A stretch of 64,000 nt of DNA from Actinomycetota bacterium (GTDB lineage Bacteria > Actinomycetota > UBA4738 > CALAEC01): the NCBI GenBank assembly GCA_050693035.1, contig JBOGWB010000009.1, positions 4,021 to 68,020 of the forward strand. The letters are read 5' to 3'. The notes under the pieces are model-generated. The model did no database searches, was not told the origin of the DNA, and saw nothing but the letters and a program-made list of their open reading frames with translations. A program made the translations under genes and the position numbers. This document shows positions 52,241 to 61,401 of the stretch, in pieces; within the stretch, counting starts at the first letter, position 1; every line of letters begins with the position of its first letter.

Positions 52241-53287
52241 ATGCGAGCCCGGACTCCATGGGGTCATCTGGGTGCCGGTTTGCTGCTCCTCGCCGTGGCC
52301 TGCGCCTCGCCGTTCCCGGCGGGTCCCTCGCCGGCGGCGCGGCCGCCGACCGCCGAGGAGACGACCACCGCGGCCTCGCCGGCCCCGCGGCCCCCACCAA
52401 GGTTCACCGAGTACCCCGTTCCGGCGGGGAGCCACCCGCACGACGTCGCCCCCGCGCCGGATGGCACAGTCTGGTACACGGCGCAGGGCTCCGGAGGGGT
52501 GGGGCTCCTCGATCCCGCCACCGGCCGGACCCGCCACATCCCGCTCGGCGAGGGGTCGGCGCCGCACGGAGTCATCGTGGGGCCGGACGGGGCTCCGTGG
52601 ATCACGGACGGGGGGCTCAACGCCATCGTCCGAGTCGATCCGAAGAGCCACAAGGTCTCTCGGTTTCCCCTTCCCCGGCCCGAATACGCCAACCTGAACA
52701 CCGCGACCTTCGACGGAGAAGGGATGTTGTGGTTCACGGGCCAGAGCGGCGTCTACGGGAGCGTGGATCCCCGGACGGGGAACGTGCGGGTCTTCGATGC
52801 ACCGCGCGGGACGGGCCCGTACGGGATGGCGACGACGCCCGATGGGACGGTATGGCTCGCCTCGCTCGCCGGCAGCTACATCGGCCGTATCGATCCCCGA
52901 GGAGGCGGCCTGACTGCGGTCGACGTTCCGACGCCGGGAGGCGGCGCGCGGCGGATCTGGAGCGATTCGCGCGGCCTGCTGTGGGTCACCGAGTGGAACG
53001 CCGGGACGCTCGGTCGCTACGACCCGTCGCGTGGGTCTTGGAGCGAGTGGCGCCTTCCGGGCGGGGCTCCCCAGCCGTACGCGGTCTACGTCGACGAGCG
53101 GGACGTGGTGTGGATCACGGACTTCGGCGCCAACGCCCTGGTGCGATTCGTCCCCCGATCCGAGCGCTTCCGGGCGTTTCCGTTCCCGAGCGTCGGCGCC
53201 GAGGTGCGGCAGCTGCTGGGACGGCCGGGCGAGGTGTGGGGCGCGGAGTCCGGAACCGACAAGCTGGTCGTGCTGCGAACGCATTGA
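52241..53287 (+). CDS. Vgb (streptogramin B lyase)-like beta-propeller lipoprotein
   Basis: Lipobox LLAVAC. Repeated GP.G...DG.(V/L)W(F/I)T-type blades (PHDVAPAPDGTVWYT, PHGVIVGPDGAPWIT, PYGMATTPDGTVWLA). Confidence 0.65.
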   Translation: MRARTPWGHLGAGLLLLAVACASPFPAGPSPAARPPTAEETTTAASPAPRPPPRFTEYPVPAGSHPHDVAPAPDGTVWYTAQGSGGVGLLDPATGRTRHIPLGEGSAPHGVIVGPDGAPWITDGGLNAIVRVDPKSHKVSRFPLPRPEYANLNTATFDGEGMLWFTGQSGVYGSVDPRTGNVRVFDAPRGTGPYGMATTPDGTVWLASLAGSYIGRIDPRGGGLTAVDVPTPGGGARRIWSDSRGLLWVTEWNAGTLGRYDPSRGSWSEWRLPGGAPQPYAVYVDERDVVWITDFGANALVRFVPRSERFRAFPFPSVGAEVRQLLGRPGEVWGAESGTDKLVVLRTH

Positions 53288-53299
53288 ACGGCCGGGGAA

Positions 53300-54088
53300 C
53301 TATCTCGCCCGATAGACGAGTCCGCGACCGCCACGAGCGCTGAAGATCGTGAGCTTCCGGCCTTCCACAACTGCCGTGAAGCCGTCACCGAGGACCTCGA
53401 CGACGTGGGCATCTTGAGCAACTCTGTCTTCTGAGCACTGACCAGACGCCGACAGCTCGGGAACCACGATCTGCTCGCCCCTCTCGATCCATTCACCGCG
53501 GAGACTCCGGCAGCCTGTCGAACCTCTCAGGGCACCGTCGGCCCCGAGTACCAACGTGGCCGGATCGGCGCTCATCGCAGTGCCCGTCGGCCCCCGTCCC
53601 TCGATCAACGACTCGAGCCGCCACGTCACATCGACGAGGAGTGCGGCGGGGAGCGGGGGGAGCAATTCGAAGCTGAGCTCGATGTGTCGTCCCGTCAGGG
53701 TCAAGGTGTCCTCGTCCCGGGCGACCGAATCCACCTGCGAGAGGGAGGAGAGATAGGCGGCCTCTGATCGCATCACCGGAGGGGCGCAACCCATCTCGGT
53801 CATCGAGAGATCGCCGATGGCGAAGGTGGATCCGTCCACCGTCACGTCGGCGCCGTAATGATTGCAGGCCGCGGTTCCGCCGATCGTCCCGGCGGCGATG
53901 GTGAGCGTGATCGGGTAGTTCTCGATCAGGGGCACCTGTCCGTCGGACTCCCGGCGCGACGTCAGCTTCCACGCGCCCTCGTAGGGCGCGATGGATCCGG
54001 CGTCGCTCCCCTGCCGCGGAAGTCCGTCATCGGCGGTTCTTCCGCAGGCCGCGAGGAGAAGGACTATGGATACGATCAGCCGTCTCAC
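53300..54088 (-). CDS. lipoprotein with two META (HslJ-like) domains
   Basis: GTG at 54088. Lipobox LLAAC. Two copies of the G.W.L...(GGTAACNHYGA / GSTGCRSLRG) pattern typical of META domains. Confidence 0.65.
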   Translation of the reverse strand: MRRLIVSIVLLLAACGRTADDGLPRQGSDAGSIAPYEGAWKLTSRRESDGQVPLIENYPITLTIAAGTIGGTAACNHYGADVTVDGSTFAIGDLSMTEMGCAPPVMRSEAAYLSSLSQVDSVARDEDTLTLTGRHIELSFELLPPLPAALLVDVTWRLESLIEGRGPTGTAMSADPATLVLGADGALRGSTGCRSLRGEWIERGEQIVVPELSASGQCSEDRVAQDAHVVEVLGDGFTAVVEGRKLTIFSARGGRGLVYRAR

Positions 54089-54234
54089 GCCGACTTGGAC
54101 GTAGGGGACCTGCCGATTGGTTCCCTCCTCGGATGCGGACGACCAAGTCCAGAGGGCCCGTGTAGATACTCGATGCACAGATCCCGGTTTCCCGCGGTGC
54201 CTTCCCAGCCGTTGGGAAGGTCGGTGCTCTCCTG

Positions 54235-54693
54235 TCAGTCGTCGATCTCGATCTCGTATGCGTACCACGTGGAACGCCTTGCGCCGGGAAGCGAATCGTA
54301 GAGTCGCTGCGCCGCCACATTGTCAGGTCCCGCGTACCACTCGAGATGGGCGGCTCCGCGCTGGCGGGCCTCGTCGAGAGCGGCTCGAAGGAGCGCCCGC
54401 CCGACGCCCCCGCCGCGCACATCCCCCCGCACGAAGAGGTCGTTCATCAACACGGTGTTTGCTGCCTTCGTGGAGCTTTGGAACCAGTAGAGGGTGGCGA
54501 ACCCCACGAGGTCCCCCTCCGCCCACGCGCCCAGCAGGAGCCCCTCGTCGCTGGGATGGAGGAATCGGGCGAAGAATCGCCGGTTGCGCTCGGCATCCGG
54601 CTCTGCCCCATAGAAGCGCTGGTACGCGTGGACCAGGGGCAAGAGATCTTCAAGCTCCTCCTGACGGACGGGGTGGACCTCCGTCTCGGTCAT
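54235..54693 (-). CDS. GNAT family N-acetyltransferase
   Basis: Start at MTETEV. The Q/RxxGxG/A block VRGGGVGRALLRAALDEAR is followed by N..AQRLY. Confidence 0.85.
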   Translation of the reverse strand: MTETEVHPVRQEELEDLLPLVHAYQRFYGAEPDAERNRRFFARFLHPSDEGLLLGAWAEGDLVGFATLYWFQSSTKAANTVLMNDLFVRGDVRGGGVGRALLRAALDEARQRGAAHLEWYAGPDNVAAQRLYDSLPGARRSTWYAYEIEIDD

Positions 54694-55051
54694 GGCGGTC
54701 AGTATGCAACCGGTCATCATCCATTGCCCGCGGTTTCGTGCCAGAGGCTGGGAAAGAGGGGTAGAAAGCTCGATCACCATCGGCACGGGCCTCACGGACG
54801 CGGCCCCGGGCTCCTATCGGGGCACGCACCTGATCGTTTCAGACATCGAGGCAGCGCGCGCCGAGCTGGTCGGACGCGGGGTGGGCGTCGGCGATATCCG
54901 GCATATGGGGTCGGGCGGGTGGACGCCTGGACCGCATCCCGACCGCGCCGACTACGGCTCGTTCGCCGACTTCAGCGACCCCGACGGCAACACCTGGGTC
55001 CTGCAGGAGGTTGGACAAAGCCAGTCGGGTGGGCCGCCGAGCGAGGGCTAG
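54692..55051 (+). CDS. VOC/glyoxalase-like fragment (single C-terminal half-domain), possibly a remnant
   Basis: THLIVSDIEAARAELVGRGVGV...FADFSDPDGNTWVLQE is a good VOC C-terminal module. The N-terminal 40 aa look non-native and overlap the divergent GNAT start. Confidence 0.4.
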   Translation: MAVSMQPVIIHCPRFRARGWERGVESSITIGTGLTDAAPGSYRGTHLIVSDIEAARAELVGRGVGVGDIRHMGSGGWTPGPHPDRADYGSFADFSDPDGNTWVLQEVGQSQSGGPPSEG

Positions 55052-55171
55052 GGGCGAGCAATCGAGTGTTGACGAAACAGGTGGGTTGGCTTGCCTAGCT
55101 ACGGCTGGCAGAATACGGTCCCTGTGGCTCGCCATTCTTGAACGTGGGGGCGGCGGAGAATCAAGAAGCGG

Positions 55172-55975
55172 ATGCCCTCTTCAAGGACCCCAGTCTCCCG
55201 TATGCGGCGGATGGCGTTCGCCACGTGGGCGGGCGTGCTGTCCGCCGCTGTGGGGATCGGCTTCTTCGGAGCGACCTCCCTCGTGCTGGCGTGGTTCGGG
55301 GGGGATGACCCGGCCATCCCGGTGACCGAACTTGGCTACGGCGCGCTCCTCGGCATCATCATCACGACCGGGATCCTGGTGCAGGTCCGGGCTCCAGAGC
55401 GGAGGATCGCGGGGGTGCAGCAGGCCGTGCTGGGGGCGCTGGCCCTCCTCATCTCGGCTCCCCTTGCTTCAGATCTACAGAACCTCACGCCCGGGCTGGT
55501 GTTGCTGGCTGCATTGGCCATCCTGATCGGGCTCCACCCGGCGCGCCGGGAGCTCATCAGGCCCGGCTCCCGATTCAGCCCGCTGCCGGCCTCGATCGCT
55601 GGCTTGGGAGCGGTCCCATTGGTCGGCTACTCCCTGGCCATGGCCGCTCAGGCCCGGGAGCTGGTCGGCCCCCCGCATCACGTCCAACGGCTGTCGACGA
55701 TGGCTGCCCTGGCGATCAGCATCATCCTGGTTGCCCTCCTCGCGGCGTTCCGCACGACCGGATGGCGAATCCCTGCGTGGAGCGCCGGTGCCGCGACCGC
55801 TGTGTTCGGCCTCGCTTCACTCGCGTTCCCGACTCACATGGGATCCGCGGGGCGTGGATGGGGAGCCGTGGCCGTTAGGGGCGGAGTTCTCTTCATCGTC
55901 GTGGCGCAATTGGAGGCCGGACGGTGGCATCGACGTTCCGCCGCGCACCCGAGAGCATCCTCCAAGGAAGGGTGA
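55172..55975 (+). CDS. polytopic membrane protein, unknown family
   Basis: 267 aa with about 7 hydrophobic helices. No motif recognised. Confidence 0.5.
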   Translation: MPSSRTPVSRMRRMAFATWAGVLSAAVGIGFFGATSLVLAWFGGDDPAIPVTELGYGALLGIIITTGILVQVRAPERRIAGVQQAVLGALALLISAPLASDLQNLTPGLVLLAALAILIGLHPARRELIRPGSRFSPLPASIAGLGAVPLVGYSLAMAAQARELVGPPHHVQRLSTMAALAISIILVALLAAFRTTGWRIPAWSAGAATAVFGLASLAFPTHMGSAGRGWGAVAVRGGVLFIVVAQLEAGRWHRRSAAHPRASSKEG

Positions 55976-56014
55976 TGGCAATCGACGTGACGAATCGGTG
56001 GTGAGTCGCTGGAT

Positions 56015-56530
56015 CTACGGCACGAGCACCGTACGCTGCTGCTGCTTGCGCCACCCGTAGCGGGTCATGCCCTGCGGCTTGTACACATTCAGCACCAAGA
56101 TCACGAGCAACACGACCGTGCCGCCAACGGAGTGGACGAGTGTGCTCCCCAGCGCGCGGAGATCCTCAATGGAGGTTGTCGGATCGCCTGCTATTTCTGC
56201 GAAGTAGCGGATCGTGCTCGTCTCCGCCAGCAACGCGAGAGTCGCAATTACGGTCAGCAGAAATGAGATCAGGACCCAATAGTGCCGGAACAAGCCCCAC
56301 TTGGTCCCCAGGGAAACGACAAGCCCGGTGAGCAGCGCGGCGAAGGCCAACGGGACGATGACGTACCGTGCGATCAGCTCCATCGCGAGATAGGCGACAC
56401 GCAACGTCTGAGCGTCCTGGCTGGTCGCAGCGGTAACGTCGAAGACCATGTAGGCAGCGACCGCGCCAATCCAGCCGACGGAGAGAGTGAGATGCATGGC
56501 GAGGGCGAACTTGCGGAGGGCGGGTGACAT
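56015..56530 (-). CDS. integral membrane protein (DUF2269-like)
   Basis: Trimmed to MSPALRKFALAMHL. 171 aa with four TM helices. Confidence 0.55.
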   Translation of the reverse strand: MSPALRKFALAMHLTLSVGWIGAVAAYMVFDVTAATSQDAQTLRVAYLAMELIARYVIVPLAFAALLTGLVVSLGTKWGLFRHYWVLISFLLTVIATLALLAETSTIRYFAEIAGDPTTSIEDLRALGSTLVHSVGGTVVLLVILVLNVYKPQGMTRYGWRKQQQRTVLVP

Positions 56531-56555
56531 GATCACAGCTGTTGCACCCCGTGTT

Positions 56556-56708
56556 CTATGGTCCGTGTTGCCCAGGTCCGTGTTGGCCCGGGAGGACGCC
56601 GGTGAGCGCCAGGATGACAACCAGCACGACCAGTACGGCGACGATGATCAAGGACACCTTCACCCAACGTGGCATCCCGACCTTGGGGTAGGCGGGCGGT
56701 TCAGCCAT
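56556..56708 (-). CDS. possible small membrane protein
   Basis: MAEPPAYPKVGMPRWVKVSLIIVAVLVVLVVILAL, with a C-terminal GQHGPGQHGP encoded by a 15-nt tandem duplication. Confidence 0.3.
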   Translation of the reverse strand: MAEPPAYPKVGMPRWVKVSLIIVAVLVVLVVILALTGVLPGQHGPGQHGP

Positions 56709-56792
56709 CTGCGTCTCCTCGCTCTCTCGGGGAGGAGGTTCTTCGTCCACGACGCCAACATATCGAGACGGTTTGTCTATGTCAAATCACTG

Positions 56793-56812
56793 TGTCGTAC
56801 TATCGTCGACAC
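56793..56812. promoter_or_regulatory. possible TetR operator
   Basis: Inverted repeat GTGTCG-N8-CGACAC, 14 nt upstream of the tetR-like ATG, in an AT-richer divergent intergenic region. Confidence 0.2.
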
Positions 56813-56825
56813 GTATACTACGGTG

Positions 56826-57404
56826 ATGCCGAGACGGTGGAAGGAGACGATCGAGGCGCACCGCCGCGAGGTGCGCGAGGCGATCCTGGACACCACTGCG
56901 GCGCTGGTGGCCGAGCACGGGCTGCTAACGGTGACGATGTCACGGATCGCCGAGGAGACCGGCATCGGACGGGCGACGTTATACAAGTACTTCCCAGACG
57001 TTGAAGCGATCCTCTTCGCTTGGCACGAACGTCAGATCACTGGCCACCTCGAACATCTCGCCGGAGTCCGGGACCAGGCTGGTGACGCTGGCGAGCGACT
57101 CCAAGCTGTGCTGGAGGCCTACGCCCTCATCTCCCACGAGTCCCACGGGCACCACGACACCGAACTCGCCGCGTTCCTGCATCGAGACAATCAGGTCCCC
57201 CGAGCGCAGCAGCAGGTCCGCGACATGATCCGAGGCCTGCTGAGCGAGGGGGCACAGACCGGCGAGCTCCGGAACGATGTCGCGCCTGACGAGCTTGCGA
57301 GCTACTGCCTCCACGCTCTCGCAGCAGCCAGCAGCGTGCCATCCAAGGCCGCGGTCCGCCGGCTGGTCACGGTCACATTGGATGGGTTGCGTTCTCCGCG
57401 CTGA
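56826..57404 (+). CDS. TetR/AcrR family transcriptional regulator
   Basis: Trimmed to the ATG at 56826. HTH is LTVTMSRIAEETGIGRATLYKYFPDVEAI. Confidence 0.88.
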   Translation: MPRRWKETIEAHRREVREAILDTTAALVAEHGLLTVTMSRIAEETGIGRATLYKYFPDVEAILFAWHERQITGHLEHLAGVRDQAGDAGERLQAVLEAYALISHESHGHHDTELAAFLHRDNQVPRAQQQVRDMIRGLLSEGAQTGELRNDVAPDELASYCLHALAAASSVPSKAAVRRLVTVTLDGLRSPR

Positions 57405-57557
57405 CTCGTTCGCCGGGACAGGTCCCAGGCCGGAGGTCGAACGTCACGTGTTCGGTCCCATCACTGTCCTCGACCGCGCGAGGACTCTGCCGGGCGGCCA
57501 CCTCCTCCCCGCCCGGCGGCGTTTGGTGCAAGGCTTAGTGCAAGATTCCGGGCGTGG

Positions 57558-58169
57558 TCAGTCCAGCGCGAACGATCCTGTGACGATCTCGCCTGCTGGC
57601 TCGTACGTACCGATCACGACTCCAGTAGTGGAGACCTTGCTGTCGACGAGCTTCAGCGCGGAGGGGATAGCGCCTTCCGAGAACAGGCGTTTGCCCGACC
57701 CGATGACCACGGGGAAGACCCACAGGCGGAACTGGTCGACGAGGTTGTGGCGCAACAGCGTCTGGATCAGGTTCCCGCTTCCATGCACCTGCAGCTCTGG
57801 CCCATCTTCCTTCTTGAGCTCCGCGATGCCTTCGGCCGCGTCCCCCTCGATCAGGACCGAGTTGCTCCACTCCAGCGTGGGATGACTCCGCGACGCGACG
57901 TATTTGGTGGCGTCGTTGAGCGGCTTGGCGCCGGCCTCCTCCGGGGCGTGCGGCCAGTGTGCAGCCATGATGTCGTAGGTCTTGCGGCCGAGAACCATGG
58001 CGAACGGCCTGCTCAGCGCCTCATCCATGACCTGCCCCATCTGCTCGTCCCAATAGTTCACCGACCAGCCACCGTGCGCGAACCCGCCGCTGTCGTCCTC
58101 TCCGGGCCCGCCCGGTGCCTGCATGACCCCGTCGAGGGTCAAGAACGTGCTCACGATCAGCTTTCTCAT
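57558..58169 (-). CDS. dihydrofolate reductase-like (RibD C-terminal domain) family protein
   Basis: Start MRKLIVSTFLTLDGVMQAPGG preceded by AAGGA. Carries LGRKTYD and VHGSGNLIQTLL blocks. Confidence 0.85.
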   Translation of the reverse strand: MRKLIVSTFLTLDGVMQAPGGPGEDDSGGFAHGGWSVNYWDEQMGQVMDEALSRPFAMVLGRKTYDIMAAHWPHAPEEAGAKPLNDATKYVASRSHPTLEWSNSVLIEGDAAEGIAELKKEDGPELQVHGSGNLIQTLLRHNLVDQFRLWVFPVVIGSGKRLFSEGAIPSALKLVDSKVSTTGVVIGTYEPAGEIVTGSFALD

Positions 58170-58440
58170 CTCTCGTATCCTTTCGATCGCACCCCGGCTT
58201 GAGTCAAGCACACTGCTTATGAGACGGCTTGGCGGAGCAAACCTCATCGCGAGCGTGGGCAGGCCCATGGCAACTCATGGGCGAAGGGCGGGCGGGAGAT
58301 CAGGCCGCGGGCAACCAAATGCGGTCTCACTTGTCGGGTCGGGAGCCTAGAACGATTGGCTGGACGCTGGTACGCTCTGCTCCACTCAAAGGGCGGGCCT
58401 GGCGACGTCAGACGCCGATGAACCAATCGAGAGGGCACAC

Positions 58441-58899
58441 ATGACCGCCGAAACGAAGTTCGAACCGTCCAACGTGAACGTGAGGATCAAGATCTCGGCA
58501 CTCTGGACGTCAATGCTGTTCGTCTTCGCCTACGTCGACCTCTTCAGCCTCTACCGACCCGACTTCCGGGCCGACCTCGAGGCTGGCGAAGTCGGCGGGT
58601 TCACCGTCAACCAGACGTTCCTCTTGGGGACCACCGTTTATGTCGTCATCCCCAGTCTGATGGTGTTCTTCACACTCATCCTGCGACCACGAGTCAACCG
58701 AATCGCCAACATCGCGCTGGGCATCGCGTATGCGCTCACCATCATCGCCGGCGCGATCGGCGAGTGGAACTACTACATCCTCGGCAGCGCCATCGAGGTC
58801 GCACTGCTCGCGGCCATCGTCTACTACGCCTGGACCTGGCCGAAAGAAGAAGTCTCGGAGGCGCCTTCGCCGGGGGCGAGGTCGAGACTGACACCTTGA
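58441..58899 (+). CDS. membrane protein (DUF6326-like)
   Basis: 152 aa with four TM helices, KISALWTSMLFVFAYVDLF. Confidence 0.6.
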   Translation: MTAETKFEPSNVNVRIKISALWTSMLFVFAYVDLFSLYRPDFRADLEAGEVGGFTVNQTFLLGTTVYVVIPSLMVFFTLILRPRVNRIANIALGIAYALTIIAGAIGEWNYYILGSAIEVALLAAIVYYAWTWPKEEVSEAPSPGARSRLTP

Positions 58900-58952
58900 A
58901 TGGGGCGGCTGTCCACGGCAGACTTGGACAGGAACAACGGCGCTCTACGATG

Positions 58953-59534
58953 TTACGAAGCGTCCGCTCTGGCCTCAGGAGGACGCGCGCCGGCGGGAAC
59001 CTCGTCCGGCGGGAGTCCCGAAGCCGCCTCGAGGCGGCCGCTGAAGTTGAAGAACGAGGCGAGCGCGGTCGCGTCGTAGATCCCGTCCTCGTCCCACCCG
59101 GCTCGGCGCAGCGCTTCGATGTCAGCATCGTCGACTGTCGACGGGGCCTTCGTCAGCTTCTCGGCATAGTCGAGGAGGGCGCGCGTCTTCTCGTCGAGGT
59201 CGTACGTGCGCCAGGTGGTGGCGAACTCCAGGTTCAGGTGCTCCTCTCCGGTCAGGCGGCGCACGGCCGCTGTATGGAGACCGAGTCAGGGAGCCCCGTT
59301 GACGTGACCGTTGACAACGACGGCGAGCATCTCGCGCTGGAGGCGGGTCAGCGGCGAAGACTTGCGGAGATGCAGATGGTTGTAGATCCCCACTACGCGG
59401 CGCCCAACTGCGAGGTCGACGAGCAGGACCTTGGCGAGGCCGGGGACGTATCCGTACTGCCGCTTCGTCAGCCGCAGCGCCAACTTCCGAATCCCGCGCG
59501 CCTCTTCCTCTGAGACGGTCTTGATGCGAGCCAT
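58953..59534 (-). CDS. AhpD/carboxymuconolactone-decarboxylase-family peroxidase-related protein interrupted by one in-frame TGA (59288..59286)
   Basis: Track ORFs 59286..59534 and 58953..59264 share a frame. Joined they read ...REMLAVVVNGHVNGAP-TGA-LGLHTAAVRRLTGEE..., 193 codons, matching the length and layout of this family. Confidence 0.7.
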
Positions 59535-59648
59535 GGGATCCTCCTTTGGCGGATTCGAGGCAGCTTCCGACTCGGTGCGGACGCTGTCAAGGCGCCCGCT
59601 CTTCCGGCCTGTTGGTACGATCGGGTTGGCCGAGAGGAGCAGTTGGCG

Positions 59649-61388
59649 ATGCGAACGAATGCGAGCAGCGTGCTCGTGATCGGTTCCGGTGCATCAGGAC
59701 AGCGGGCAGCGATCGCCGCCCACCAGGCCGGGGCGGATGTCCGGATGATCGCCAAGCGGCCCCGTCTGGACGCGCACACCGTGCTCGCTTCTGGGGGCAT
59801 CAACGCGGCACTTGGAACGCGGGATCCCCAGGACAGCTGGGAGCAGCACTTCGTGGACACAATGAAGGAAGGCTACTTCCTGGGCGACCCACGCATGGTC
59901 GAGGTCATGGCCCGCGAGGCTCCGTCGGCGGTGAAGGAGCTGGAGGAGTGGGGCACCGGGTTCGCCCGGACCGAAGATGGCCGGCTCGATCAAAGATACT
60001 TCGGCGCTCACGTGTACCGGCGGACGTGCTACGCGGGCGACTACACGGGGCGAGCGATCCTCATCGCGCTGGCAAACAAGGCTCAGGAACTCGGAATCCC
60101 GGTCGTGGAGGACCAGTACGTTTCCAGTCTGCTGGTGGCCGATGGAGCCTGCTTTGGGGCACTCGCCTTCGACCTCCACACGGGTGAGCGAACCGCGTTC
60201 CTCGCCGACGCCGTCATCCTCTGCACCGGCGGACACACCAGGACCTGGCGCCGCAGTACCTCCCGGCGAGATGAGAACTACGGCGAGGGCATGGCGCTGG
60301 CCCTTGAAGCCGGATGCCGGCTGCGCGACATGGAGCTGGTGCAGTTCCATCCGACGGGCCTGGTGTCCCCGGAGGAGGTGGCCGGAAGCCTCGTCACCGA
60401 GGCCGTTCGCGGGGAGGGAGGGCGGCTGTTCAACGCTGCCGGCGAACGGTTCATGGCCCGCTACGACCCCCAGCGCCTGGAGCTCAGCACCAGAGACCGG
60501 GTGGCCCTGGCCAACTACACCGAGATCATGGAGGGACGCGGAGGTCCGAACGGCGGCGTGCACCTCGATGTCACCCACCTCGGCAAGGACCTGATCCTCG
60601 AGAAGCTCCCCCGGATGTATCGACAGTTCATCGAGTACCAGATGCTCGACATCTCGAAGGAGCCGATGGAGGTGGCGCCGACGGCTCACTACTCCATGGG
60701 AGGGATCGCGGTCGAACCCGAGACGCATGCCACGGAGGTCTATGGCCTGTACGCCGTCGGGGAATGCGCGGGAGGGCTGCACGGCGCCAATCGACTCGGG
60801 GGGAACTCGCTGGCGGAGACGGTGGTGTTCGGACGGCGAGCCGGGGAAGCGGCAGCCGCGTTCGCCGAGTCCCTCGAGGTGCAGATCCGCTCGAGACGAG
60901 TCATCGCAGAGACGAATGACGCCCTCGAGGCCATGATCAGGAAGGGACGCGAGCTCGCCCGGCCTCTCCAGCGCGCCGTTCGGAATCTCATGTGGGAACA
61001 TTGCGGGGTCGTTCGAGACGAGGCCGGCCTCACCTCTGGTCTGGCAGCATTGGAGCAGATCAGAGCCGCTGCCACTGAGGTGGATGTGCGGCCCAGCGCA
61101 GAGGGGTGGGGAGACCTCGCGCATGCTCTGGACCTGCGTGCCGCGATGGTCACGGGCGAGGCGACCCTTCGCCTTGCCCTCGAACGACGTGAGACTCGGG
61201 GAGCCCACAACCGCTCGGACTACCCGGATCTGGACCCGAGCCTCGAGCTGAGTCTGCACGTTCGTCGGGATGCGTCTACAGGGGAGATGCTGGTTTCCCG
61301 CGAACCTCTGCCGCCCGTACCCGGGCGGCTGATGCCCTTATTTGAGGAGGCGGGGGAAATGACCGTGAAGACTCGTCTCCTGGAGTGA
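59649..61388 (+). CDS. FAD-binding oxidoreductase of the succinate dehydrogenase / fumarate reductase / L-aspartate oxidase flavoprotein family
   Basis: VLVIGSGASGQRAA dinucleotide fold, AHTVLASGGINAAL (covalent-FAD His context), FHPTG, RGEGG, GLHGANRLGGNSL and RETRGAH. No Fe-S subunit gene is adjacent. Confidence 0.85.
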   Translation: MRTNASSVLVIGSGASGQRAAIAAHQAGADVRMIAKRPRLDAHTVLASGGINAALGTRDPQDSWEQHFVDTMKEGYFLGDPRMVEVMAREAPSAVKELEEWGTGFARTEDGRLDQRYFGAHVYRRTCYAGDYTGRAILIALANKAQELGIPVVEDQYVSSLLVADGACFGALAFDLHTGERTAFLADAVILCTGGHTRTWRRSTSRRDENYGEGMALALEAGCRLRDMELVQFHPTGLVSPEEVAGSLVTEAVRGEGGRLFNAAGERFMARYDPQRLELSTRDRVALANYTEIMEGRGGPNGGVHLDVTHLGKDLILEKLPRMYRQFIEYQMLDISKEPMEVAPTAHYSMGGIAVEPETHATEVYGLYAVGECAGGLHGANRLGGNSLAETVVFGRRAGEAAAAFAESLEVQIRSRRVIAETNDALEAMIRKGRELARPLQRAVRNLMWEHCGVVRDEAGLTSGLAALEQIRAAATEVDVRPSAEGWGDLAHALDLRAAMVTGEATLRLALERRETRGAHNRSDYPDLDPSLELSLHVRRDASTGEMLVSREPLPPVPGRLMPLFEEAGEMTVKTRLLE

Positions 61389-61401
61389 CCCCGGCCGCTC
61401 C

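Noticed and set aside
51529-52242. 237-aa minus-strand ORF spanning both tRNA genes, and a possible integrase remnant in its C-terminal part
   Set aside because: The ORF reads straight through tRNA-Val and tRNA-Cys, so it is not a gene. The faint GEHSN...YRL resemblance to a tyrosine-recombinase tail is too weak to call without a search.
54692-54800. N-terminal 40 aa of the VOC-like ORF as a genuine domain
   Set aside because: The sequence (MAVSMQPVIIHCPRFRARGWERG) overlaps the divergent GNAT gene start and its promoter region, and it looks non-native. Only the C-terminal VOC module is credible, so the gene may be a remnant.
56558-56590. 15-nt tandem duplication (gtccgtgttgcccag / gtccgtgttggcccg)
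   Set aside because: Only two imperfect copies, lying inside a small ORF tail (GQHGPGQHGP). It is not a CRISPR or a VNTR-scale repeat.
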